Shown here in pieces: positions 27,204 to 42,296 of a DNA stretch of 64,000 bases; within the stretch, counting starts at the first letter, position 1, and each line of letters begins with the position of its first letter. The stretch is taken from assembly GCF_009914755.1 (NCBI RefSeq), contig NC_060935.1. One strand, 5' to 3'. The notes below the pieces were generated by a model. It made no database searches. It had not been told where the DNA came from and saw nothing but the letters and a program-made list of their open reading frames with translations. This DNA comes from the human T2T-CHM13v2.0 reference genome, Homo sapiens. The translations under genes were made by a program, and so were the position numbers.

Positions 27204-29571
27204 TGAAGAATTTACTTACATACACCTGAAACTTCTTTTCCCTTGGGCACATAACAATTTTTAAACGTCTATTATTGTTTAATTTGCAGCAACATTCCAA
27301 GAGGCACATACAGTGTTTAAATCTTTCTCTATTTTATTAATAATGCAATCCACAAACAATGAGAAAAACTGACACTTGGTAAGATCAAAATCAGAAAGAA
27401 GATAAAAATTCAGAATATACAATCCTAGTTTTTTTAATTGACTTCAGGATCTGGAGTGACTATTCTTTTAAGTTTGATGCTGCCATGTATAGAACTACAA
27501 AACAAATATAATAGTAATCTTGTATTTGATAACTGTAGGAACAGGTTTCCTTCAACAATATAAAGATGGTCATTATTTTAGATAGTTATTTGTACCTCCA
27601 TTGTTTGTAATTACTCATAGATATCTTTTAAGTAATTGGTGAGGCAATCACTATATTACTTTATCCTCTATTAAATATTCATCAATAATGTCAGATTCTC
27701 ACAATTCTGCTGAACACAGTAAATTTAAACTTTATGCAGTGCCATCATTTTTTATAATAGTATACATAGCAAAACACAAAAGCCAGAATTTATTCCAAAG
27801 TGGGCCTCACATGAAAGCATGTTATGCGCCTCCCTTGAGTGTACCTGATATTGAGTGTACACATTCATAGCTGAAGGCAAATACAACATAAATGTTCCTG
27901 CCTGAATCAGAGCAATATCAAGATCAATGTCTTCAGCTACCACTGTAAATGTCAAAATCAAACTGGCAATTATCACATGCTAGTGATAGCACAATATTTC
28001 AGAAGTCCAGAAACTAAATCTGTAGCTTGTAGGAAACTCTATTCATCGAGTAACCAATGAAGTAACACATACTCGAAATGTAATATGAAATTTCCTAAAA
28101 GCCAACTTATATTTCACCTTCAAAATGTAGTCTGATTAATCCTCACAAGACCCCTTGGAAATGGAGAATTACACAGACAGTCATCTTCTTCAGAAAACAA
28201 TAAAGATAGAAAGATTTAGAACATAACTGAAGTCCTAGGAGGGACTCACTTTCCAAGCCAAAACTTCAATTCAGAAGGCAAAACTGCCTTCTGATAAAAA
28301 GGCAGACGATTCTGCATCTTGCCTTTTAGACCATGAAGCAATGAACATTCTTTGTACAGTACAGTAAAGCAGCTAAAACCTATGCAGAATGAGGAAATTG
28401 TTAGACATTATGAAGCAATTGGTTAGTTTTATATCCATAGGAAAGAATTGCTGACTGCTTAGGTGACCCTAAATGAGAAAAAAAAATGCAGTTTAAAAAA
28501 TAGCAAAATGTATTTTACCACAGAGTTCATCGACTGTTTCATATTGAGCTTTAAATTCCAAAGGAAAAGGGTTTCTAAAGCATTTGTTCTTTGGTTAATA
28601 TTTTAAACTTTTGATACAGTAAGCATAACTTAGATGTTAACAATATCGAAGTTGTTGGAACTACTGTAATTCATTTCCTTTAGAAAACACTCTTACATAT
28701 TTCATCTCAAAAAATCATACTTGGATTACCAGTTAGTTATGAACAGCATAACTGACGTGAGTTACTTTCTGAGGCATTTGTCATACATCTCTTCTCTGGA
28801 GTCCCTACCCACTGGGCAGCCCAGACTCGCTCTTTTGCAAGTGTTCTGACCACATTTCATTCAGGGAAAATTGTTTAAATAATGAAAACAAAGGATATGA
28901 AGGGAGTAGCATAATTAGTGAAAAAGTTATGTCAGTCCTATACATGTCACAATAACAAAAAGTCCCAAAGTTATGCAGTTCTCAAAGAGACAAAAGATAA
29001 CATAATGGTTATTAATATTATATTCATATTCATTCCTCAGCCAGTCTGCAAGTGGTTAAAGACTCCAATCTCTGATGCTTGAGTTGTCCACTCTTTTCCC
29101 AAAAGGAATCTTCTTCCAGGTCTCTTACACACTCCACAGTCTAGGTACTTTCCATTTTGGTGTCTGCAAAGTCTATATTGTTTCTCAACGTTTTTTTGTT
29201 TGTTTGTTTTCCTACTGCAAACACATACATGAGTGCCTGGTTCCCAGGGCCCTAGGTAAAACTAAATCCATTCTCTTCTATAGAACAAAGTCTATTATAT
29301 CTAGGTGATTAACTCTGCAAAATTATTAAATTTGGATTCACTATATTTTTTTACTTTACTCCTTGCAAACTTTGTTGCTATAATTGTAATGAACAGATTG
29401 TCTGTGAGGCATTTACATGTTATCCAACACACCATGTGTGAGACCCAGAAGCCCAGAACCTCTCTCACACTCAGGTCCTTTTTGCTACCATGCCTGTGCA
29501 CTAAAGCCAGCTCACCCTGATTTCCTGCAGTGTGCTGCTTCAGGGTCATTTCCTTGGCCTCTACCACACTT

Positions 29572-29573
<2 letters not shown>

Positions 29574-29621
<48 letters not shown>
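29574..29621. repeat. (GT)24 microsatellite
   Basis: Direct read. Confidence 0.97.
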
Positions 29622-29624
<3 letters not shown>

Positions 29625-30179
29625 AGTCCAAGGGAATAATTCTCAAAGCACATTCCATGGTCCACTAGCACCAGAATTACCTGTGGAGACATTTTACACA
29701 CTCAATTTTGGGAATTACTGAGAGGTCATGAAACAATGCACATGCAACATCCCCGATGTTGGCAGAGGAAGCCCATGTGTAACCTATCTCTACTAGTCTC
29801 TTTCTAGACTCTCACCTATCTCTAACTTTTTGAAAGTGTCCCTCATTGGACATGGATGTCACCACCTTCATACAACGTTCACTTTCTATGGCACTTAGTT
29901 TTCTCTTCAGAAAACACCTGTATTTCTCTTCATGTGTCTTTTTAAGGCTTCTTCCCTCACTAGTGGGAACTTGTGTAAATTAAAAATTTCAGAAGATACC
30001 TCACAGAACAATGTAGTATGTGAAAGGAGGCATTTCAAGTAAGTGAAAAGATGTGTTATTTATTTATTCCTGTTGGTACAGGAGGATGACTACTTGGAGA
30101 ATTAACAATTTTCTAACACTTCATCATGGAAGATACCAAAAGTGATAGGAGAATTATAGATACTAGAATAAAATACATA

Positions 30180-30970
30180 ATATTGATAGGAAAATGATTT
30201 TTCTAGAACATGAAACCAAAGGCTGAAAACACACACAAAAATAATTTTATATGGCTACAACAAAATTTAAAACCTATGTATTGCAAGAAAAGACCTTGAA
30301 TTAAGTTATGGAAACAAAACAATTGATGATTAGGGAAAAAAATTGCAACATATATGGGAAATAAAAGTGAATATTTTAAATACATTTTAAAGTGCTCACA
30401 AATTAGGAAGTAAAAAAATGAATACTCAATATGGAAAAGTGGGGGCAGATTATTACAGTAATACATAAAAGAACAAGTAGCTATTCGTTTTATAATAACA
30501 AATTCAAATTAGTACAAGAATATCTAATTTCCTTCCAGAAAATTGGTGAAGACAAGTAAACAGAACTTTTCTGAGGTTTAAAGCTGAACATGCCTTTGCA
30601 TAGTGCTGGGGATGGTAGAAATTTGCATAATCTTTCTGAAGAAAAGTTGGGCAAAGTACATTATAAGCATTAAAAAGATTATTACTGTTTAGACCAGCCA
30701 TTCCATTTCTAGAAATTTATCTTAAATAATTAAAGCATGTGTTAGGATTTGTCCTCAAAGATGTTCATAGCTTCACTGTTTTAAATTTTGTAAAGCTGGA
30801 AACAATATGAATATCCCTCAAACTTAATAAATGATTGAGTACATTTTGACATTTTTCCAATAAAGCATTTGCAATCATTAAAACTTACTTTTAACTTGTA
30901 TACTGAAATGGAAAAGTGTTCATTATATTATTTGAGAAGAGAAAAAGAATTGTAAGATATAATGTTCTAC
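30180..30970 (+). mobile_element. Highly decayed L1M (L1ME-like) 3' fragment
   Basis: gaccagccattccatttctagaaatttatct...aaagatgttcatagc...ctggaaacaat resemble old L1 3' sequence. Confidence 0.5.
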
Positions 30971-31544
30971 ATTATTCCTTTTTAAAAGAAATTAAAAATA
31001 CTCTTCATAGAACAAAGTCTCTCAGAGTATATAGAAAGAAAAAACAAGAGTAGGTGATGGGAAAAGATAACATTTCCTAATGGGCTGGGTCATACTAATA
31101 AAATAATTAAAATATACTGATTTTTCTACAGCTAGTTCACATATCACTTATGTAACAAAAACTATATACATAATGATAGCTATGGGGAAAATAATAACCT
31201 TCCAGCAATGGTCTGACTCTTGTATATATGGGCTTTTATGATTTGAACAAAGTTTATTCCCTCTTGAAGGCATATGTGGTCAATTCTCAGTCACCCAGGG
31301 AGACGTGACTAAAACGTGCCTTCCCCATTCTAACCCCCCAGTTGCCCTTGTAGCAAGCCCTTGGCCACTGTATAGAACCAGGAGCCTGAGGATAGGTAGG
31401 AGTCATTGCAAGAGTGGCAGCCTCTATGTAAGAATTTGTATGTCTGAGCATGTTTCTGACTCCATTTTAATATCAAGTATATTCCTTTTAAAATAAACAA
31501 TCAAAACTCCCTTTTATTTGTAGATCATGCGACAGTTTAGTTTT

Positions 31545-31633
31545 CACACTACACTTGATTTCATTTGATTTTAGAGGTGGGGTGATTGACACTCTACACC
31601 TTATTTCACTTGATTTTAGAGGTGGTGGTGATT
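31545..31633. repeat. Imperfect tandem duplication of about 45 bp
   Basis: atttca[t/c]ttgattttagaggtgg(t)ggtgatt twice. Confidence 0.8.
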
Positions 31634-32668
31634 TAATAGAAGCAGCCCAGGCTCAAATCCCAGAGCTGCCATGATATGTGAATCTCCCTTCTCTGAATCT
31701 CAGTTTCATCATCTAGACAATGATAAACATATGATTCTTATGAGGAGTAAAAGAGAAGCTATTCAAAATATTTAGATCAGCATCAGATCAGCATCAGCCA
31801 CAGAATCCCTCAATAAATGCTCACTATTACCTTATTAAGGCTTCTAATAAATAATCACAATAACGTTATGAGGTAAACAGGGAAAAAGTATCCTCATTTT
31901 ATAGCTGTAGAAACAAGCTCAGAAAAATTGCTCAAAATGACAGAACTCTGAAAATGGAGGCTAGTGCCTTATGATTATAATACCTGAGAAATGAATCTAC
32001 TGTTTTTCAAAATCTTTTTTTAAATGAAGATAAAGAAATCAAAATATGTGAATAGCAAGAAATAAATGCCAATTTCCAGATTTTTGTGTGTGTGCTGAAT
32101 TGGAAAATATCGTCAAACAACGGATTTTCTTTTATCATACAAGCACAGGCTTTATGATCTGTTTACTCATAGCTGGAAAGGAATAAAAAAGAAAAGACTG
32201 TTTGAAATTTGCAATTCATAATATTAAGGGATGGCCAAGTAATGAATCAGTGGCAATGCTCCAAATGAAACAGAAAAGGCTGCAACATAGCAGCGTTCCT
32301 GGCCAGGAAATTCACAAATTCAGCCATATGGAAAGACTGTCAAGTCTCCTCTGCACTGTCCCAGATCCTTAAAGACTAATACAGTAATTTGAGTTCAAGT
32401 TATTTTTGCTTATCCACTCTTACTCTGTTTTCTATCCTTTTATCTAATTACTGGAACATATTAAAATGTTTTGTGCAATTTAAGTAATATCTTATGAAAA
32501 AATTATTATTCATGTTTGTGTCTATCACTAGGCTTATACATTGTTGGCACTCCAAAAATAAATGTAGAATAAACGCATGACTGGTTAGCTTTAAATGGAT
32601 CATTCCAGTGCTAATTGCTTCATGAAATTCATTAACCTATGTGTCTCCATGTGTTTTTTCTCTTATAG

Positions 32669-33079
<411 letters not shown>

Positions 33080-34943
33080 TAATTCTAAATGTTGTGCAGA
33101 TTATCTCTCTACATGTTCTTTTCCTGAAGACAGAGGACTATTTGAAACACAGAAAAAGACTTGCAATTCCCAAATAGCAATTTCTTCCAAGTTAGCACAA
33201 AATATGGATATATCATAAATATTAACTTTCTCAATAGCAAAGAAACTATGCAATCCATCAGAGCTCTCAAAAATCATTTAGTATTAATATTTCATTCATT
33301 GGTTTGACAAATGGAAACTGGAACCTAAATTATAGAACAGGAATTCATTTCCATTTTGTTTCCTTTTAAAAAACAAACACTTTTGCTATTATTGCAATTT
33401 TTTCCTACTATTGTTGTTGTTGCTCATTTTCAGAAATTAATGTTGGACTTAATTCTTATCTCACATAGCTTAAGGGAGATACCTGGAACCTGAGTCAAGA
33501 TAGTAGGTACCAGATATACATTGTTTTATATAGCAATGCATAAATTAGCTAAGCAATAGGCAAAAAGCCAACCATGCAAACACTATGCTAGTTTTATGGA
33601 AATGTTTTTCAATATCTGTGGAGTCATGGCTCCCTTCCTTTGGATACCACTAAGATATCATTTAACCATTATATTCACCAAAAATGCAGGCTTCTTTTGC
33701 AAGAAAAAATGCCTTACTTTTCTCATAGAGAAAGTAGCTGAAGGTATGAGAAGAAAAGTATTTACTTTAATTGTTGACTATATATTAGCATCACAAATAT
33801 ATGGATTTCTTTCTTTATAGAAATGTATGCTTTCTCAAAAAAGAGGCATTTTGGGCACAATGCAATTTGTGTTTCTTAAGACCTAGGAAAATTATAAATA
33901 TGTTTAAATTCCAATAACATAGGAATCTGACTTGAAAACTTTCAATTAATGAACTAAAAAGAAATCAAAGTAAGTCAAGCAATGGCTTTTAAAAGCCAGG
34001 ATTAAGCAAATATTAAGTTAAACCCAATAGGTGTCTCTTTTATAATAGCAAGTATTATAATAAGGGAGTATTTTAACTTTGGAAATGCTATGAAAAATAT
34101 GAAATCATTCTTCAAGTTTTAAAACAAATGTTTTACAACAATTTGCCCCAGGAATTTTAAGTAGTTTGATGGTTACAATAAGTGAGTTCAATGATGAACA
34201 TTCTCTGGATTTTTTTACTCACCCCCTTCTCACATTTGCTCTGCACTCACACTCACCCACACATCCTTGATACCAGAGAAAGAGTGAAAAGAGAGAAAAT
34301 CGTATATGAGTGTGTAAAGATAACTTTGAGACATGGTTCAACCTCCACTTAGCTCAGGAATGGACTATCAAGCAAACAAACAAAAAAAGCCTCAACTATG
34401 GTCACTTCGAGACCAATTCTAGACGCTCTTCGGGTCCAATCTCACCTTGGCCTACATCCCATCATCCTGGCAGGGCTCTGACTGAAGGTAAAAACAAGTT
34501 ATTTCCTTTAGTCTCAGAAAGGTATTTACAAACTTGCATCAAATCTAAGACTGCAGTCACTGTTCATAGGTATTGCTAATTTATGTACCACAAACAGAGA
34601 AACAATGCTGCCAATTAAACCATGATACTATATTTTATCTCATCAACCATAGGCTGCATCCTAATTTCAGAGATGCTAAGAAATGAGGGCAGGAGAGTAT
34701 TAATGAATTCAACTAAGTATTCCCCTTGAGCAGCTGAAGAAAAGCTATTAAGTTTTACATTTCTGCCATTTTCTTTAAACAATAAAAAGGAAATGGTTGT
34801 CATATTTTCAGTGGCATTTATATATTAAATACACCATAGAAGACATCAGATTATACAGAAATTCAGAATCATTCTTGAGCAGACTCTCAGAAAATAAAAC
34901 AATACTTGGCAATTGTTATTTTTAAATATGCATGGTGAATTGA

Positions 34944-35216
<273 letters not shown>

Positions 35217-38200
35217 TAAGGGAAAAACTAAAAATGAAATGTTTATCATTTTGAAATTCAGGCAATTTTTCCAACAATTATACCATGGGCTTTAGCTATT
35301 ATAAGGTTTACAAACACAATAGTAATAGCTATGTTTAAGGCTAGTACTTCTAACTGGATTTTATAATCACTTTAATTTGCAAAAGGTAATTGACTTATTC
35401 ATATTGCAAGAGGAACACTCTCTAAGGCATAGTAACAATGAAAAGGTAATTAAAACAACTTTATAACATAATTTATCCAAAACATTCCAATGTTGATAAT
35501 GCTATGATAATATTGGATCTGGTAAGATTGGATTTATGTCTGCTTTTGGGCTGAGAGCGTAAAAATGAAAACTTGACGTTTGAAGAATACATTCAACTTG
35601 CTGCGTTTGAAACACAAAACCTTAATTGCAGATTATACTACTTATATGAGTTATATTATTCTATAACCTATTCTGTAACAATGAACTTCACAGCAACATA
35701 TTTGCTTTCTCACAAGGTAATAACAGCAAGAACTTTTCCATTCTAGGCCCCTCTCTAGGACATTGTATGGCATTTAGTTTGTGCTGATTTCTCTGCTTTG
35801 CAGATAAAAATTTTCCAACTGATATAATTGTATTACATATATGGATACATGTATAATTGCATTATATATATGGATGTAATTGCATTGTATGTCCCTTTGA
35901 CCTTCCATCGGAACAATAGAGGTTTTTATTTTAGTTTTTTTTAGTGTTTGTTCCATTATGGGGATGAATTTTTTTTATCAAAAAACCCTTTTTCTAGTCT
36001 TTTTAAATCCAGAGCTATACATTTGGTAATGTCTGATAACAGATAGGCATTCATTTTGTGACTTCAAAACCCAAAAATTAAAAAGTTCGCCAGAGTGACA
36101 TTTTTATGAATATCGAACTAGGTAAAAACGAACACATTTTATATTTATGTCAATTGTTTAAACACTAGAATATTTAATAGCATAGAAGACAGAACATATA
36201 TTTTATTACTTTCTAAGCTTTCATGGGAAAGTAGTAATAGCTCTTTGTTCGTGCCTACATACAGCACTTGAGAGATTACATTTCCATTTTAAATGTATTT
36301 ATTTATAATCTTCTCACTCAATTCAGCTTAACAATTATAAACAACAAAATGTGCTACTCCTTAGGCCAGCTTTAACTTTTGTATACTTGAATTTCTGTAA
36401 GATATTTATCCTTTTTAAAGAAAATTTGATTATAGTATCCTAATATACTTTAGATGTTTACATAATATCATATCAAGAGCAAATCACTCAAAAACTCAAA
36501 TTCATCCCTGGGCATTGTTTAGAAAAGAAACCAGACAATGAACAATGTACTTGTCAACAATTTGGAGTATTATTAGGTATAATCTAAGATGTATAAGTTA
36601 ATTACAAAACACTTAATAGATTTTCTTAAAACTGTAAGTAATATTCATGACAGTAGATTTGATTAACAATAGTCTATGGATAAACTTGATTAAACAAACT
36701 TTTTTTAACTTACCTAGCACATCCCTATTTCTACAGCTTAATAATAGAAACATTACTACTCTAATGTATTTCAGCATAATTTCAGTACCGTGCTGCCGGT
36801 TTATAACTGCTCCCATCCATATAAGTAAGCACGTAAAATTTAACGATTTCGCCTAAAAATTACTATGTATATGCACCAAAATAAAATACAAGTTTGTGCT
36901 ATCATTTGCACTTTACTGAAAATTGATGACTGATTGTCATTTAAATAAAGACATTATTTGCAGGCTCATCATTCTGCCTTGAGTGATAAAGGGAAGAAGA
37001 AATGCTATATTGATTCTGTGAAAATATTTCAAAAGTAACTCACTGTAAAGCTCTTTAGCATTAAGCACACTGAAAATGTGTATATCTAATCTTTATAAAG
37101 TTACAAATGCTTAAATTCAAAGAACTGGTGAGGTAGATAAGAGAATATATTAAGAGAAATATAAGAATGGGGAAACCTGCTTCCTAGATTTATAGTCTTC
37201 CATACAAACTGTGCAAGCACCATTCCTTGTTTCCTTTCTCTCCAACCCAACTTCAGTTTTTAAATTGGAAGATTTTTATAATATAGGTATCTATTGTTGC
37301 AGAACATTCTGAACTCTAATGGGACAAGAAAATAATTTCCCCTGGCAACACGCTTTCAGGAATGCATAAATTTGGGTTCTTTGATAAAAATCTCATTCAT
37401 TTCCTACCCTGTTTGCTTCCCTCCTCTCCCATACATGTTGACCTGGTTTAAATAAACCATTTGTCTGATGGGCTGAGGAAACCAGAATGTGAAGGGTATT
37501 TTTGTACCTGTCAAAATCATTTTCTCATAGGAACACAATAATGGTACATCTATCAGCTCCACTAGGCTGCCTCAGGCAATGACCTATACTCAGTGCTTCA
37601 AAAAAATGCCACAGTTATAATCAACTGAAAAAAGAATTAAGCCACAGGGGAAAACTACATCTGAATTCAACTATTGCCTTTGTTTTGCCCCATTATGAAA
37701 CTTTATATACTTCATGTTTTATGTGCCATGGTGAGCCTAAATATAGAGGCATTTAAAGAGTCTGTACTTGTCACTTAATGCCAGCCTCGCTGTTTTGGTA
37801 CTTTCACATTATCACACACCTGACTTAAACACAGTGATCTTCATTTCAATGCAGTTTTATCCTGTGCCTGTCTCAGTCATCAGTGAAACTGTGAATGCAT
37901 AAATGATGTGCATTACTATCTCAGGGTTTATGATATTACCAAATAATGCATTGATGAGCTGTCACTAGAACATCAGTCTTGCCAAGTAAGCTACTAGAAG
38001 GGGAAAATAATTCACCGGATAGCAATGTAAACATTAACTATAACACATGACATTTGTACACAGTTTCTATTAGAAGCAGAAATGGTGGAATACTTAATTT
38101 AGGGAAAAGTAAAAGGATAGCACATTCTTTTAATTCCAAGAATTGTTTTAAGCAATAAAACAGTGTTTTAGATCAGATAGTTCCCCATGCTTTGAGTTTC

Positions 38201-39532
38201 ACAATAAAGATGAAATAAATCGATCTGAGATTAATTTTCTAATTTCAAACAATAATGACTTCTATCTTTTCACTTCCCACACCACAGTTTTTAAACAGAC
38301 ACTACAGTTGAAGGTTTTAGGGACTTAAATGTTCCTTTATCACTGTACTTGATACAGTGACATTTGATACAGAGACCTACTGGGCTTGCTGGATCTGCAG
38401 AAATTTTCTTCATTTTAGCCTGTCTCATCAAATTTATGAATATTTGCTTGTCCTCACTCCTTAGCAATCACTCTCTTGCAGTCACAGATAAGGCACAGGG
38501 CTATTACTTCCAGTCCTACGCCCCTTGATTCCCCTTCATCCCATTGTCCTGTGTATATGATCTTATCAGAATCAGATTTTCTAAAGATTAGCATGGTGAC
38601 AAACCAGGCTAATTTCTTTTTTCAAAAACTTGCTTTTATCTTTCCATTTTATCTGTATTTTTTCATTTCTAGTGTACTAAACCCTCTTATATTTAGCATA
38701 GCTACTCTGTGGATTCCTCTTTCTTCCAGATTTTAGAGGGATTAGTTCAACTTATTTTGCATTTAAGGTATACATAATTCAATGTATTTAAACAAATGCA
38801 GCAGTAATTTTCCACATACTAATATATAGAAATGGACTATTAAAAAGTAAAAGATACTTTTCTTTTTAAAAAGATTTATTTGCTTTAATACTATGCTGCA
38901 TTCTATAGTTAAGTGATCTCTATAAATACCAAACCCTAAAAACACACTTTTTCCATTTTGCTGTGTTAGTTTTGTTTAACTGTCCTATTCCTTTAATAAA
39001 CCACTTATTTGTAACTGGAAAGTTGCCAAGTAATTAGCATGGTTTTCATATTCTTAATAAATTCCATAAAATAGCTCAATTAAAACAATATTCACACTGA
39101 TTTTATTTCTTCTGTTTTCTATGTCGTGTACATAGTAAAGTATACAATGTATGTGGAGCTCTATACCTTTTTGGGTGAAACTCTCAAGTCAAGATTTAAA
39201 TATATTTAAAAAGTAGTTATATGTTTAAAGGAAGTTTACCAGTACTTCTGTAAAAATTAAAATTATCAATATAGATATTGAGGGACAACCTGTATCAAGT
39301 GAATCAGAGAGGTAATATTTTTCAGAACTTGTAAAATGAAAGAGTTTGTTCTCTGGAACAGAACTCTATTTTTAGAGATGGAATGAATGAAGCATGGCAA
39401 CATGGCATTCCTAGTGGATTCTGTACTTGAGGATTTGGAATCCAAGTACTCATCAGTCCTGGAAGGATATAGAATCACTGAAATTTTCTAATATGAGGAT
39501 TCTGTTGCCAGAAGTATCCTGTCATTGCCTAA

Positions 39533-39534
<2 letters not shown>

Positions 39535-39570
<36 letters not shown>
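39535..39570. repeat. (AC)18 microsatellite
   Basis: Direct read. Confidence 0.97.
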
Positions 39571-39571
<1 letters not shown>

Positions 39572-39688
39572 AATCTTCATATCATGAGATATTTTTTCAA
39601 GTGTTAATAGCATAAAAACATTATAAAAAATACTAAAAGATGTCAATTTCCCACCTTGATATTTATCAACATTTGAATATAAGTTACT

Positions 39689-39988
39689 GGCCAGGTGTGG
39701 TGGCTCACGCCTGAAATCCTAACACTTTGGGAGGCCGAGGCGGTGGATTACCTGAGCTCAGGAGTTCGAGACCAGCCTGGCCAACATGATGAAACCCCGT
39801 CTCTACTAAAAAAATACAAAAATTAGCTGGGTGTGGTGGCGGGTTTCTGTAATCACAGGTACTCAGGAGGCTAAGACAGGAGAATTGCTTGAACCTGGGA
39901 GGCAGAGGTTGTAGTGAGCCAAGAGCATGCCACTACATTTCAGCCTGGGTGACAGAGCAAGACTCCATCTGCCCCCTCAAAAAAAAAA
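39689..39988 (+). mobile_element. AluS
   Basis: ggccaggtgtggtggctcacg... poly-A; near-TSD tgaatataagttac / tgaatatagttac. Confidence 0.93.
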
Positions 39989-40301
39989 TGAATATAGTTA
40001 CCATAAAATATCTTTTTCTTTGGTGTTCAAGTTTGCAAATCAGTGATTGTGTGGTTTATTAGTTAGGTTTCTTGATTACTTATTTCCGAACTTATGAAAT
40101 CAAAAATTTGAATCCCACTTTTATTCATTTATTTCTTTGTCCACCTGAATAATTTGTCTTTGCCCAGGTATTCAAGTTATATGTTGATTAGTAAAGAACT
40201 GCCTCTTGTTGAATTCTATATTTTGGTAAACAAAGGAAGCTCAATGTAAATAAATGTACACACTACTCAGCACTGAGCCTCACACAAAGACGTAAGTCTG
40301 A

Positions 40302-40739
<438 letters not shown>

Positions 40740-41223
40740 TAATAAATATATCTTTTGGAGACATTTCAGTTCACTAAAAATGTGCGAATGAAAAATTTAA
40801 TGCAAATGCAGATAACAAGAAAAAGGACCTGGGTAAATTAAGTAGTGAGAGTAATGTATTAATAGATAGAGCTCAAGTAGACAGAAGTAATTTACAAATA
40901 TAAATAAGTTTCTTGGCTGGAGTCAAGGGGATTAGAATGACCAACTCCCTAGAACACAAAATTGGAAAATAGGAATCACTTCTCTTTAAAGTTCAATATA
41001 TGTTCTATTTGAAAATTTTCTCAGAAAAAGTCTAAAAATGTTTCAATCAACCTAGAGTTTGATTCTTGTGTTAGGGATATTTGGTTTGTAAGCTATACCA
41101 GGTTTTGCCTCTTCCTTTGGTGTTCAATTACTGACTTGATATGGACTGTATTTTTGTATATATCTTACTAGAATCATGTACACTAAAATTTGGGGGCATG
41201 AAAAAAGATAAAAATAAAATAAC

Positions 41224-41538
41224 AGCCAGACATGGTGGCTCACACCTGTAATCCCAGCACTTTGGGAGGCTGAGGCAGTAGGATTGCTTGAGGTCAAGAG
41301 TTTGAGACCAGCCTGAGCAACATAACAAGATCCCATCTTTAAAAAAATTTTTTTTTTAATTAGTTGGACATGGTGGCATGCACCTGTAGTCCAAGCTATG
41401 CAGGAGGCTGAGGCGGGAGGATCTCTTGAGCCCAGGAGTTGTGGGTTACAGTGAGCTATGATCATGTCACTGCACTCCAGTCTGGGCAACTCAGGAAGAC
41501 CCTGTCTCCAAAAAACTCTAAAAAAAAATAAAATAAAA
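41224..41538 (+). mobile_element. AluJ
   Basis: ggaggatctcttgagcccaggagtt...gagctatgatcatgtcactgcac; A-rich tail. Confidence 0.9.
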
Positions 41539-41967
41539 CAACCCTCCTTGTTTGTTATAAATAAAATACAGTATTAAAAGGAATTTTACAAACTTGAAAT
41601 AAAATCTTAGCTTTTTTTAAGTTTACCATGAATGTGATATAAAACATGATTTTAAATGTTCAAGTCTCTTCATGGCAGTCTACATAGAAAAAAACAGTAA
41701 TAGATTACTATTTAAGCAGGTGAGTGTGGTAACTGTTATGGTAAGAGGTTTGGGCTTCTTCAGATATCACTTTTAAATGTCTATCATTTCCATGATTTCC
41801 TTAAACAGTGTTAAAAGGCAGTTTTCCTATTTGAAAATAATAATATTACTATTATGTTACTCTGTGGCAAATTGGAGTTAGAGAGCAATGGAAAGATACT
41901 AAAACGCTTTATTCTTATCTTGGTTCAGCGAATATTAACATGTTGTTCCCTTCTTTCCTGTATTTAA

Positions 41968-42296
<329 letters not shown>

